64,000 bases of DNA. Source: Myxococcales bacterium (lineage in GTDB: Bacteria; Desulfobacterota; Binatia; HRBIN30). The translations under genes were made by a program, and so were the position numbers. Position 1 is the first letter of the stretch. Every line of letters begins with the position of its first letter. Below the pieces are notes generated by a model. That model saw only the letters and a program-made list of their open reading frames with translations. It ran no database searches and was not told the origin of the DNA. Shown here one piece after another: positions 18,153 through 28,624 of this stretch. The stretch is taken from contig JBBILD010000002.1 of NCBI GenBank assembly GCA_037445065.1, positions 32,001 to 96,000 on the forward strand, read 5' to 3'.

Positions 18153-20453
18153 TCAACGCACGCCGGGTACATTGCGGAAGACACACGGGCCATCGCAAAA
18201 ATTTTCTACACGCCCGTCCGGGCGTAGAAAGGCATCCAATTGCCGCTGCGCCGCGTCGAGTCTGCGCACCGCCTCGTGGACTCCGTTCTCGAATTCGGGC
18301 GCCGTGTTGCTGAGCGGCGGCGCTGAGCCTCCCACGTCGAACGGAACCCAGGCCGAGCCGTCGAACGGCGCCTCTCGTTCAGGAATGCCAAAAGCGGGGT
18401 ACGCAGAGGGGCTCACGGCCGGAATCCCGAGACTTCGTACCTGGATTTCTGTGGCGACGTGCGACACTTGGGAGTCGTTGATTCCGGTATGAATGAGAAT
18501 CTTCTTCGCGGGGGTGCCGGGAAGCGGATCCTCCACCAGGTGGGATAAATACCCATTTGGCTCTGCTCGGTCCCAGAGTTGTTGGAGCAGAGGGTACATG
18601 ACTGCCCGGGCCAGTTCGTCAGGGTACGCCTGCTGAAAGACGAAGAGAAAAGGATTGAAGTCGATACTGCGCTGCAACAGAAAACTGTAATTCGATGCCC
18701 CGACCCCAAGAACACCGCGGGTGATGTTGGGTGCCAAAGCGAGAAACGCTGCTCCTTCGATCGCTCCTTGGCTGTTCCCGTGATAATAAAGCTCGCGCTG
18801 GTCGATGATAGGGATCCCTGCGAACTGAAAGGCAGGATGGGAACTGAGTCCGTCAGGAGCGAGTAAGAGCTGGCCCAGAAAAATTTGATTGATCAGGCTT
18901 TGCTGCAAGCGGTCTACAAGCTGGTTGAAGCGACTCAGATCCCCAATCATCCGCAACGTCCCATCGAGATCCTCGTTCGCCATTCCGATCCAATCGGTTG
19001 CCGCAATAATGAAGCCGAACCGTTGCGCCAAAGTCTGCTGCGGGCCTGCCATGACCTCCCCGGCCCCGCTACCAAAGAGCCCGTGTCCATAGATCATTGG
19101 CCGGCCCGGAATCGGTTCGGGTCCTTCCACCGCGGAACGAGGGATGATCACTGTGAAGGGCGCCTCCATAGTGCCGTTCTGCCGCGGGATACCCTGGTCG
19201 TCCAGATTGTAAACCGCTGGGGGGCGTGCGCTGGTTAAAAACAGAGGCACCGTGTAAAAACCTCGCACGCGACGGAACACCTGCTCGGTTACGTTGTCTT
19301 CGACAGAGGTCACGCGAAACGGCGGTGCTCCTGGTCCGTTCGCTGCCAGCGCCTGATCGCGGGCAGCGAGTGCCCTTCCCGTTAACGCCTCGGTGCTCGC
19401 TACCACGAAATCCCATGCGAGCTGGAGGTCGGTTCGTTCGATACCCGCACGAGCGAGCACGGCAAAGATGTTCTCGAAATGTTCCCTCCGTTGCTCGATT
19501 GCACGTACCGGGGTCGCCACGCGATCGCGAAGTGCAGCGAAGGCGCGCCGGGGTTGGATCAGTTCTCCTCGCGGATCACGCAGGCCGCGCAGGGCAACAA
19601 CATAGCGGCGATTTTCTCTGAGACGTACTCCGGGGCGCAAAATCAGCGAGCGCGTGGCGTAGGAGGTCGCATGCGCGTCGAGTTCGGCAAAGTGTAAAAT
19701 CCGTTCGCCCGTCTCCGCATCGAGTAGAACGGTCGGCGAGGTCGGCCGAAGCGATGCAGCCATGTCCGTGATCGGCGGCAGTCCCGAGGCCAGCGGATCA
19801 ATTCCTTCCGGGAATAGGGCTAACATCATTGCACCTGGGCTGAACCCGTCGAGCGTGTTCCATTCCGCCGGATCAACGTGCACGCCGCGCTGGTTCGCCG
19901 GCATCGCTTGCCGCTCGTAGTTGACCCGGAAGCCGGTCGGTGTGGTAGGATCGGCACGCAAGAAAAACGACGACGGGTAGGGGTAGAGGCAGACTTCGGG
20001 AACGAGGAAATCGCAGATCTGTGGAGCCCGGTCGAGTTCGCACAGGGGTTCGACCCGAGCGACGTCTGGATCGGAACAAGTTCCGGGAACATACGTGTTG
20101 GTCGGCGAGGCCGTGGCGGTGGGCGTGGGTGCAAGCGTGGGGGGCAAGGTCGCTGTCGCTGAGGCAGTCGCGGTGGGCACCCGGGTGGGCGTGAAATTTG
20201 CCACCGGCGTGAATGTGCTCGTGCTCGAAGCGCGGGTGAACGTCAGAGTCGCCGTGGGAGTGGCACTAGAGCGAGGCGGTGTGGGCGTATGAGTTGCAGT
20301 CAAACTGGGGGACGGGCTGGGCGAGAACGGGGCTGGGGATTCCGTGTGGGGAATATTAATATTGTGGTTGTCCCCGTCTCCCCCGCATCCCACGAGTGAC
20401 AGCAACAGACCTAGAGTGAACGCCGCTATGGTTCCCCTCCGCGAAAATCCCAT
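18153..20453 (-). CDS. Lipoprotein with Pro/Thr-rich stalk and lipase-like alpha/beta hydrolase domain
   Basis: Lipobox LVGC; NTLDGFSP; nucleophile elbow GNSQG; C-terminal His (GVHEAVR). Confidence 0.8.
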   Translation of the reverse strand: MGFSRRGTIAAFTLGLLLSLVGCGGDGDNHNINIPHTESPAPFSPSPSPSLTATHTPTPPRSSATPTATLTFTRASSTSTFTPVANFTPTRVPTATASATATLPPTLAPTPTATASPTNTYVPGTCSDPDVARVEPLCELDRAPQICDFLVPEVCLYPYPSSFFLRADPTTPTGFRVNYERQAMPANQRGVHVDPAEWNTLDGFSPGAMMLALFPEGIDPLASGLPPITDMAASLRPTSPTVLLDAETGERILHFAELDAHATSYATRSLILRPGVRLRENRRYVVALRGLRDPRGELIQPRRAFAALRDRVATPVRAIEQRREHFENIFAVLARAGIERTDLQLAWDFVVASTEALTGRALAARDQALAANGPGAPPFRVTSVEDNVTEQVFRRVRGFYTVPLFLTSARPPAVYNLDDQGIPRQNGTMEAPFTVIIPRSAVEGPEPIPGRPMIYGHGLFGSGAGEVMAGPQQTLAQRFGFIIAATDWIGMANEDLDGTLRMIGDLSRFNQLVDRLQQSLINQIFLGQLLLAPDGLSSHPAFQFAGIPIIDQRELYYHGNSQGAIEGAAFLALAPNITRGVLGVGASNYSFLLQRSIDFNPFLFVFQQAYPDELARAVMYPLLQQLWDRAEPNGYLSHLVEDPLPGTPAKKILIHTGINDSQVSHVATEIQVRSLGIPAVSPSAYPAFGIPEREAPFDGSAWVPFDVGGSAPPLSNTAPEFENGVHEAVRRLDAAQRQLDAFLRPDGRVENFCDGPCVFRNVPGVR
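20095..20346 (-). repeat. Low-complexity Pro/Thr/Ser linker (coding)
   Basis: SPSPSPSLTATHTPTP...PTATASATATLPPTLAPTPTATASPT, about 84 aa. Confidence 0.85.
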
Positions 20454-21606
20454 GGTTCGACCCCTTCCCACTAGAAACTGTTTTGCACTCCGCTGCGTGC
20501 CCTTTTTCTTGACTGCAGCAAACGTGAACAAGCGCTTGAAGCCGTGTTTTGACCCATTGAGGCACTTAGGACAAGGCTGGCGAGGTAGCCGCTAGCTTTT
20601 GCACGGCCAGCAGTCCCGAGTTCGACCCGAGGATACCAGTGAGTGCTTGTGGTCGCTCGCTTCGAACCTGTGACCGTTGGGCTGGCTGGTTATGGTGGTT
20701 CAGCCGAAACCTGGCCGGGGCGGTGTTTGCTGTGGAGATTGATGATCCTCGCAACGCCGTTGCCGACTGAAAACGGCCTGAAGGCTGCGCGCTCGGAAGC
20801 CCTAAAGACGCTTTCGCCTTGTGTTCTGGAGAGCCGGCAGCTTCTGGTGAGGCGGTTCTTCATGGTCCCTTGGTTGAGGCTGTTGGGCTGCACCGCGTCC
20901 AAGGGAACGTCCAGCCGCATGCCCGAGGAGCGGTGCTCTCGACCGTTGCGGCGCGGCTGTTCCGCAGCTCAACCACGGTAGCCTCGAGGCGGTGTGCACG
21001 AAGCCCCGTTGATCTATTGGGCGCTGCCGGTCGGTATCCAACCCGGTATCGGCGTGCGCGACGAAGGTTGCTACCACGTGCTGGTCCGTTCGCATCCGCC
21101 GTGGTGCGCATCGCCGCGGCGACACGTGGTTCGTGCCTGCCTCTCTTAAGTTCACTTCCCCACGGATTGCACCGACGGGGCAAGGTGCGTCGCTGGGCGG
21201 TCTTAGCCATGCGAAGGAATGGCGTTTCGATGACAGGCGGTGAACACCCCACGTCAGATTCGAGGCCCGCTCGCGGGCAGCTCTCCCGAGCCTGTCGCAG
21301 CATTGTTACGACAGCGCTTTGCTCGATTGGCTTTCCTGGGAACTCGAACCGCGCGATCGGCCAACAGACCCGATCGTTTTCCTCCCTTTGCTTTTAGCGC
21401 CACCTTTTGAAGAGGCCCGATCGCTGCGATTCAGGCCGGGAAAGGGTTGCAAGTTGCAAGAGGAGGATTTTCTCCTCGCGCATTTCCCCTTCGCTGCCCA
21501 CGAAGCCGTCCCGTGACACGCAAATACACCTACGGACGCCGCATCAGCGCGGCAACGCAGAGGGATTTTTACCGTTGCTCCGGGACGCAAACCCAACGCC
21601 AGTCTC

Positions 21607-22419
21607 TCAGTTGCTGGTGAACTGGTTCACCCTCCCCGTCACCTCCAGGTTAAAAGTGCCGCGAGGCGGCGGGTTCCCAGCAACAATCAAGTTCGGTCGC
21701 ATCGGTGCGGGCTCGACGTGGAACGTCAGAGCACCTCCCGAAACAGAGTCAATGACCAGTGTGGCCCCGGTCGTTTGCCAGATACGCGGCTGCGGAATAC
21801 CCACATTGGGTGTTTCAACGTACGTCATGGTGCCCAGCGGGGGTGTGATCGGATACCTACCCGGCGCAAAACCGCTGCGCGCTCCAATGATCCCGATTTG
21901 CACGCCGCGACGGAGTTGTCCCGGTGCCTCGCAGGTATTGCCAGTGATGGCCCAAACGTAAAGCCCGGTGTTCGGATCACGAACTTGAGCCGCGGCAGCG
22001 ATCGTGAGCCGTGCCGGGGAGAGTTCGGCATTGGTGTCGACCGGAGCTGACAGAATGGCCGTGATGTCTCCACTGTCACACCCAGGGATGGGCACGGGCG
22101 TCGCCGTGGGCGATCCGAACGTTGGCGTCACTGTCCGTGTGGGTGTGGGAGTTCGAGGGACGCCAGAGCAGCCGACGAGTGCGTTGTTCACCGAAGAAAT
22201 CAGCTCGTTGATGGTGACCTCGCCGTCCCCGTTGATATCACTCGCGGTACAGGTCGAAACCGCTGCCAAGCCAAGCGCGATGTTCACCCCGCGAATGACT
22301 TCGTCAACCGTCACCTGACCGTCATCGTTGCAGTCGCCCGAGCATTGGGCGCGCACGGTGGCTGCCGACAGAGCCACCAGGATCAGATACGTAACCCCGA
22401 TCGCCCGAAAACGAATCAT
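21607..22419 (-). CDS. Secreted protein: signal peptide, dockerin-like module, PT linker, unknown beta-rich domain
   Basis: Signal peptide MIRFRAIG...VRA; CSGDCNDDGQVTVDE module; PRTPTPTRTVTPT linker; GGAGG SD. Confidence 0.85.
   Translation of the reverse strand: MIRFRAIGVTYLILVALSAATVRAQCSGDCNDDGQVTVDEVIRGVNIALGLAAVSTCTASDINGDGEVTINELISSVNNALVGCSGVPRTPTPTRTVTPTFGSPTATPVPIPGCDSGDITAILSAPVDTNAELSPARLTIAAAAQVRDPNTGLYVWAITGNTCEAPGQLRRGVQIGIIGARSGFAPGRYPITPPLGTMTYVETPNVGIPQPRIWQTTGATLVIDSVSGGALTFHVEPAPMRPNLIVAGNPPPRGTFNLEVTGRVNQFTSN
22168..22344 (-). repeat. 59-aa four-Cys dockerin-like module, copy 1 (N-terminal)
   Basis: CSGDCNDDGQVTVDEVIRGVNIALGLAAVSTCTASDINGDGEVTINELISSVNNALVGC. Confidence 0.85.
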
Positions 22420-23779
22420 CTTCCGACCTCCCGACTGTATTGCCTTTGTCGAAACCCTGCTGCCGTCCCCTCCGAAGCAGGGGAGCGCGTTCGTCACCGG
22501 CCCCCGTCACGGGTTCGGGCACGAGGTGCATGCTCGATGCCCTAGCACAAGGATGCACCCGCACAGACTGGCAGACCGCCGGCAGAGCGGAGAGACATTG
22601 CGCGGTAGGTCCAGCGAGCGAGTGCACCACTGATAGAACCCTCGTGGCCTCCAACGAAGGGGGCAGAGGGGAAGATGAAGGGAGCCAATTCCTATCGAAC
22701 CAACCACGTGCCCGATCCTCTCTTCTCGGCGCGCTTATCGCCGCCCTCCTTCAAGACCTGGCCGTAACGCCTATTATGCGCGGACGATCCGCCGGCAGGG
22801 CCGTACTGCCCGGAGTTGTCGGGAGATCGGCGTCGCAACAACATGGGCACTCCCGAGTACCTTGCGACGTGTCACTTGGCAAGGAGAAACTGTCAGACTT
22901 CGGCTTTGATTTTGCCCCCGTCAACGCGCCCGGGAGGGTGCTCGATGGGTGTGGCTGCCCAGCCAAGGGCCGCGGGTGAGTCCCTGTGAATTTGCGGGCG
23001 GCTCGAGCGAGCTCCGGCGCTGGCTCGCGTTCGTCAAGGGCCCTGCGCATCCGAGTGGGTTGTCGTGGCGCACAACGAGCGATTCCTGAACGCTGCAGGT
23101 GTTCGAGGCCAAGCGGCCGCCGGGCGCGCAGCGCCGTCCCACCGCGCCTACACCGAGTACCTACCTGAGGTCATCTCGGTGCGTTCGTTCCTTTCGTAGC
23201 GACTCAACTCCCGGAAAAGCGCCGTGCTCAATGCACGGGCGCTCCGGCAAGTAAGCCAGGTTGTTTTGCGTTTGTCGCGGACTTCGATGCAACCCCGCCC
23301 AGCGATTGTGTCCCTCGTGTGTGCAGCGAACGCCTATTGGTCGCTTCCGATCCTCGTGCGAAACACACGGGTTGCAGGTGAAGCTGTGTGGTGGAAGTTC
23401 CTTTGTGCCGCAACTCTCACGCCGGTGGCGGATTCGTGTCCTCCCTTCCGAGTTTGTCCATTGTGCGCGTTGTGCTCGCTCGGTGGCTGAACTGGCCGCT
23501 CTGAGTGTGCAGGGGGTTTTTCGCACGCGCAGACGGGCTCGGCAGACCCCGAGAGCGGTCACTTGGCCCGCGGGCAGTGGCTGTCTTCCCGGGTTCGCTC
23601 GGTGCCCAGGCGAAAAGAGGCCCGATTTTCCCCAACCCATCTGTGCTCACGCTGGATTCGCTTCGGATCTGTCGCGCTCAAGCGTGTGGAGTCACGTCAG
23701 TGCTCAGGCAAGACGACAATCGGAAGGAGACCGACCTGCCCGGGTCTGACCGTCCTGTGACAAATCGGGTGCGCTTTTG

Positions 23780-25546
23780 TCACGTGGCGGTCAACAGCGC
23801 ACGCGGCACATCCACAACTTTGGCCCGCAGGTACTCGCCGAGGCTTTTGGCTTGCGGATCGAGTCGCGTCGAAGCCGCGACGCCATCCCCGAGCAATCCG
23901 CGAAGGACGAAGTTCAAGCTCAGGAGATTGGGGAGCTCGTGCCGCTCGATCGGCAGAGAGCGGGCTTCGGGGAGTAACGCGCGAAGCCGCTCGACAGTTA
24001 GAAACGAGCGGAGCCAACTGTAAGCGGCTGCGTCTCGCACCCAAACCCCAACGTTCGCGTTCCCGCCTTTGTCGCCCGAGCGAGCCCCCGCGATCAGGCC
24101 GAGAGGTACGGGCACGGTGGGGCCTGTTGGGGGCGGGGGGAGTTCGGCAGCGGGAGCCGCTGGGGGCGGATAGGACCCCGGTACTTCCACCGCAGGGATT
24201 GGAATTCGCTCCTCCCCCAAGACAACTTCTTGGTGCACCGCGGAGGAGGGAACGAGCGTGGGCCAGTAAACGCCAAAGGGGGAAGCGTCCGTCGGCGGTT
24301 GAGTAACGAAGAACCCTGGATAGTTTGCCAACGCAAGTTCTACCGCCTTGTTCGAGAAGGCCCGGCCCACTTTTGCCGCATCGCCGTCTTTGACGCAGAT
24401 TGTCAAATACGCAAAGGCCTCCTCGTTGCACCGGGGGTTCGGGCGGTCCCAACGGTAAAGTTGCACGTCTACTTCCTCGAACTGCTCTCTGCCGCCAACA
24501 GAATGCCAGAGCGCTCGCTGTACGGCGTCGGCTTTCTCCTCGATATCCAAACCAGTGAGAACAAAAGTGACCGAATTCCGGTATCCGCCCAAATAGTTGA
24601 TGCAGACTTTGGTGGTCGTTGGCGGCGGCTCGCCGCGCACGCCAAAGACCCGCACCCGATCCGGTCCCTCCTGCTGCAGACGGATCGTATCGAAGCGAGC
24701 GGTGACATCCGGGTTGAAATACTGCACCCCCTGGATTTCATACAGCAGTTGAGCTGTGACAGTACCGACCGAGACGATTCCTCCCGTCCCCGCGTGCTTC
24801 GTAATCGTACAACTGCCGTCCGCGTACATTTCGGCAACCGGGAATCCGATGCGCTCGATGTCAGGCACCTCGCGAAAGAATGGGTAGTTCCCCCCGGTGC
24901 ATTGGGCGCCGCACTCGATCACATGCCCAGCGACGACTGCACCTGCCAGAGCATCCCAGGCATCCGGGGCCCAACGGAAGTACCAGGCCGCGGGACCCAC
25001 GACTAAGGACGCGTCGGTCACGCGCGGACAGATCACCACGTCCGCCCCGCGGCGCAAGGCCTCGGCAATGCCCCAGCCGCCGAGATAAGCGTTGGCGGTC
25101 AGGATTGGCTTGCGCAGTTCAGACAACGGGATGTCTTTGTCCATGTGCCGGAGTTCGAAGCCAGCTTCCTGCAAGCCGCGCAGTTTCGGGAGCAGATCGT
25201 CCCCTTCGATGTGAGCGATCCTGACCTCCAGCCCTTGCTGCTCCGCCAGTTCCCTCAAGCGACGCGCTAACCCCGCTGGGTTGAGCCCACCGGCATTGCT
25301 CACAATCTTGATGCCGCGCTTCAGGCAGGTGGCCAGCACGTCCTGCATCTGGCGGAGAAACGTTTTCGCATAGCCGGCGTCGGGATCTTTCATACGGTCT
25401 TTGTACAAGATCATCATGGTGAGTTCGGCGAGGTAGTCGCCGGTTAAGACGTCGATGGGGCCGCCTTCGACCATTTCTCGCGCAGCACTCAAGCGATCAC
25501 CGTAAAAGCCACTACAATTGGCAATTCGCAGGACGTCCTTGGCCAT
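23780..25546 (-). CDS. atuA: Acyclic terpene utilisation AtuA-family protein
   Basis: RIANCSGFYGDR, DYLAELT, GHVIECG, TAQLLYEI, ARSGDKGG, DPQAKSLGE. Confidence 0.92.
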   Translation of the reverse strand: MAKDVLRIANCSGFYGDRLSAAREMVEGGPIDVLTGDYLAELTMMILYKDRMKDPDAGYAKTFLRQMQDVLATCLKRGIKIVSNAGGLNPAGLARRLRELAEQQGLEVRIAHIEGDDLLPKLRGLQEAGFELRHMDKDIPLSELRKPILTANAYLGGWGIAEALRRGADVVICPRVTDASLVVGPAAWYFRWAPDAWDALAGAVVAGHVIECGAQCTGGNYPFFREVPDIERIGFPVAEMYADGSCTITKHAGTGGIVSVGTVTAQLLYEIQGVQYFNPDVTARFDTIRLQQEGPDRVRVFGVRGEPPPTTTKVCINYLGGYRNSVTFVLTGLDIEEKADAVQRALWHSVGGREQFEEVDVQLYRWDRPNPRCNEEAFAYLTICVKDGDAAKVGRAFSNKAVELALANYPGFFVTQPPTDASPFGVYWPTLVPSSAVHQEVVLGEERIPIPAVEVPGSYPPPAAPAAELPPPPTGPTVPVPLGLIAGARSGDKGGNANVGVWVRDAAAYSWLRSFLTVERLRALLPEARSLPIERHELPNLLSLNFVLRGLLGDGVAASTRLDPQAKSLGEYLRAKVVDVPRALLTAT

Positions 25547-26105
25547 GCGGCTTCCCTAAAACACAGCGTCGCGTACAAGCAAGGTGTGGACAAACTTCCC
25601 GGTGCTCGCGCGGCATCTATGGCCTCCGGGGGACAAACGAACGGGAGAATCGAGGTGCGACGATTTCGAGGAGTAGCTGGCTGTTGCTGGCCCGGCGGGG
25701 CGCGGGCGGGGTTCTGAAGCGAGGGGTAGTCGCGGCGTTCGCTCACTGGTTGCGCAGTGCCCTAGGGAGGGGATTTGACACCCTCCAAGAGAGCGGCGAA
25801 GCGCTGCGACATTTTGCCACTTTGTGCTCGCCTGTCTCTGACCGATACGAACGATGCCCATGACAGAACGTGCGGACCCAAAACGTCCCTTTGATTTGTG
25901 CCTCCAGAGAGTCGTTCCTCCTAGGAGATTGCAGCTGACCCGCTCGGTTTGCCGAAGCTGCAGCTTGGGCAGGCTGCTTTTCGGCTCGCTTCTCACTTGC
26001 GGGCTTGCGCGCCTGCAAGGCCGCCCGAAGAGGTGCGGCCTAGCTAGGTTTTCAACTCCGAGCGTCTGTGCAAGCTTTGAACACGATCTGCAGTAGGCAT
26101 GGAAC

Positions 26106-27479
26106 ATGCCCAGTGTGGGGAATGAGATGTCGCCGGGGTTCTGGAGTAGGGTCGTTCGTCTTTGTGGCTTTGTGGGGGCGACTTGTGCGTTCTTGTTCGC
26201 AGGCCAGGCACAGGGTGAGCTGCCATGGCCATTTCGTGTTCCTCTCGGTTTTCCGCGCCCCAAAGTGCCGGCAGACAATCCGTTATCCACGGAAAAATGG
26301 GCTCTCGGGCGTTTCTTATTTTACGACCTGAGACTGTCGGGAAACCAGACACAGTCTTGTGCATCCTGCCATCAGCAGGCACGAGCCTTCACAGACGGCT
26401 TGCCACAAGCGATGGGCTCCACAGGTGAGCGGCATCCGCGGAGCGCGATGAGCCTGGCAAACGTTGCGTATGCGACCGCTTTGGGATGGGCAAACCCACT
26501 CTTGGATTCACTCGAGAAGCAGGCGCTCGTGCCCATGTTCAATGAGCGGCCGGTAGAACTCGGCCTAGCAGGGAAGGAGGAGGAACTTTTTGCTCGCCTG
26601 GAAGCAGATCCCCGCTACGAGCGGTTATTTGCGGAAGCGTTCCCGCAGGACCCGCGCCCGGTGAATCTCGGCAACATCGTGCGCGCGATCGCCACGTTTC
26701 AGCGCTCCCTGTTGTCCGGAGATTCGCCCTACGACCGCTACATCCAAGGAGTTGACGATCAGGCAATCTCGGAATCTGCTTTTTTTGGGGGGCGTCTATT
26801 TTTTTCCGAAAGGCTGGAGTGCTTCCACTGTCACGGCGGTTTTAACTTCACAGCCTCGGTGACTCACGAGGGAAACCCTTTTGACGAGACGTCGTTCCAG
26901 AACAACGGCCTCTACAACATCGACGGCCGTGGAGCGTATCCGCCGGACAATACGGGCCTGTTCGAAATCACGCGCCTACCGGAGGACATGGGCCGATTCA
27001 AAGCCCCAACGCTACGCAACCTGAGCTTCACGGCGCCGTACATGCATGACGGGAGCATCGCGACTCTGGAGGAGGTCATCTCCCATTACGCTGCTGGGGG
27101 GCGGACGCTGCACACCGGCCCATACGCCGGTGACGGCTCTAAAAACCCGTACAAGAGTAACTTCGTTCGTGGCTTCGAACTCACGGACCAGGAACGCGAG
27201 GATCTGCTGGCGTTCTTACGTTCGCTGGATGACGAGGCGTTCGTGCGCAATCCGCTCTTCAGTGATCCGTTCACGGGGTGGGACTGCGTTGCGGACTGTA
27301 ATTACGACCAGTTGGTCAGCGTCGATGAGCTGGTGCGCGCGGTCGGTACGGCTCTGGGCCTTTCGGCCTTGGCGCATTGCCTCCCAGCTGACGTAAGCGG
27401 CGAGGGAGAGGTCACTGTGGACGAACTCCTCCAAGGGGTTCGGATGCTGCTTTCCGACTGTCACACCGACAGACGGTAA
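26106..27479 (+). CDS. MbnH/MauG-type di-haem c enzyme with C-terminal dockerin-like module
   Basis: Signal peptide; PADNP, LGRFLFYD, CASCH, CFHCH, FKAPTLRN, TAPYMHDGS..LEEVISHY. Confidence 0.88.
   Translation: MPSVGNEMSPGFWSRVVRLCGFVGATCAFLFAGQAQGELPWPFRVPLGFPRPKVPADNPLSTEKWALGRFLFYDLRLSGNQTQSCASCHQQARAFTDGLPQAMGSTGERHPRSAMSLANVAYATALGWANPLLDSLEKQALVPMFNERPVELGLAGKEEELFARLEADPRYERLFAEAFPQDPRPVNLGNIVRAIATFQRSLLSGDSPYDRYIQGVDDQAISESAFFGGRLFFSERLECFHCHGGFNFTASVTHEGNPFDETSFQNNGLYNIDGRGAYPPDNTGLFEITRLPEDMGRFKAPTLRNLSFTAPYMHDGSIATLEEVISHYAAGGRTLHTGPYAGDGSKNPYKSNFVRGFELTDQEREDLLAFLRSLDDEAFVRNPLFSDPFTGWDCVADCNYDQLVSVDELVRAVGTALGLSALAHCLPADVSGEGEVTVDELLQGVRMLLSDCHTDRR
27285..27461 (+). repeat. 59-aa four-Cys dockerin-like module, copy 2 (C-terminal)
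   Basis: CVADCNYDQLVSVDELVRAVGTALGLSALAHCLPADVSGEGEVTVDELLQGVRMLLSDC. Confidence 0.85.
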
Positions 27480-27521
27480 GGTTCGGTCTGGGTGAGAATC
27501 GTGCGGAGGTGAGGAAGTAGG

Positions 27522-28481
27522 ATGTATGCTCGAAAAGCCTATGTGCGAGTCCTGGGAGTCTCTCTAACGTTCGCGTTCCTGTCCGTCGCAGAGCCCGCTT
27601 GTAAGCAACAACCGGTTGGTAAGGCGCAGCCGTCGGCTGCCACACCAGTTCTGATAATGGCCTCGCCGGGGCCGCGCTTCTCCATGGAGGAACTGCACCG
27701 AATGGGTGGCGTCCCGGCCGGCTGGCAACTGAGTCCGCCCCCGGGCGACGTAAACCGCGGGCGAGAAGCCTTCGTAAGCTTTGGGTGCCACCGTTGCCAC
27801 GCGATTGCAGGAGAGGCTTTTCCCGAGAGTCGAAGCGGCCCTGGCCCGGAACTCACGGGGATGGGGGAGCACCACCCCCCAGCGTACTTTGTAGAAGCCA
27901 TTCTCAATCCAAACGGAATCCTCATCGAGGGTCCGGATTATTTGACAGCGGAGGGCACTTCGCGAATGCCCTCATATCCGGACATGAGCTTGGCCGAGCT
28001 GGCGGACCTGGTTGCCTACCTGTCGAGCCTGAGAGGCAGTGAGGGGACGAGCCATCCCCATCATCGGCCTGAGAGCGCCGAGAAGCACGCTGGGACCCAT
28101 TATGGGCCGGGGAGCGCAGAGGAGCATGCGGGGCACCATGACCACGCTTCTGCGACAGGCGATGCAGAACGCTGGGCTTACGTGCTGCAAGTGTACGAGC
28201 TCCCCGAACACCTACTCGAGTCTTTTTACGATTGGTTCGCCCGCAATGAAGATCGGGCAATCCCCGGTCTTGCGCGTATCGAGACGTATGCCAGTCGCCT
28301 GCGGACGCCCACGGGAAACATTACGGTTGCGACCATGTTTGCCTTCGAAAACGAGGCTCTTGCCTCGTCCTTCCTGAACAGGCAGGAAGCCCAGCCTACC
28401 AACACGTTCGTGCGTCCTGTGGAGCAAGTGCTGCTGAGAAGCCCCGTACTCTTCCGCGCAGTACAAATGAGCCGCCCATAG
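27522..28481 (+). CDS. Exported mono-haem cytochrome c with His-rich linker and uncharacterised C-terminal domain
   Basis: N-terminal hydrophobic signal; CHRCH; GPELTG; SRMPSY (distal Met); 9 His in 31 aa at 28053-28145. Confidence 0.85.
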   Translation: MYARKAYVRVLGVSLTFAFLSVAEPACKQQPVGKAQPSAATPVLIMASPGPRFSMEELHRMGGVPAGWQLSPPPGDVNRGREAFVSFGCHRCHAIAGEAFPESRSGPGPELTGMGEHHPPAYFVEAILNPNGILIEGPDYLTAEGTSRMPSYPDMSLAELADLVAYLSSLRGSEGTSHPHHRPESAEKHAGTHYGPGSAEEHAGHHDHASATGDAERWAYVLQVYELPEHLLESFYDWFARNEDRAIPGLARIETYASRLRTPTGNITVATMFAFENEALASSFLNRQEAQPTNTFVRPVEQVLLRSPVLFRAVQMSRP

Positions 28482-28624
28482 TGGCGAGGAGAAAAATACA
28501 AGCGGCGGGCCAGAGTTTAAGAGGCCAGAATCGTGGTTGCTGTTTCCCGGCAGTTGTGGTCGGAAAGAACTACACGGCGCATACGACCGCAGGTGCCGGA
28601 TTCTGAAGCAGAGGGAGGGAGGAG

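Noticed and set aside
20610..20640. tRNA-like 3' end (GAGTTCGACCC...ACCA)
   Set aside because: The T-stem arms do not pair and no cloverleaf can be built upstream
22840..22910. Ser/Thr kinase-like words MGTPEYLA and KLSDFG
   Set aside because: Wrong order, different frames and no other kinase motifs
23053..23199. Animal haem peroxidase-like remnant (AHN...YTEYLPEVI)
   Set aside because: Spacing looks shorter than in the family and flanking motifs are absent; too weak to call without a search
25765..25786. GGAGGG/CCCTCC inverted repeat enclosing TTGACA upstream of the di-haem gene
   Set aside because: No matching -10 element at proper spacing; a short GC stem is expected by chance
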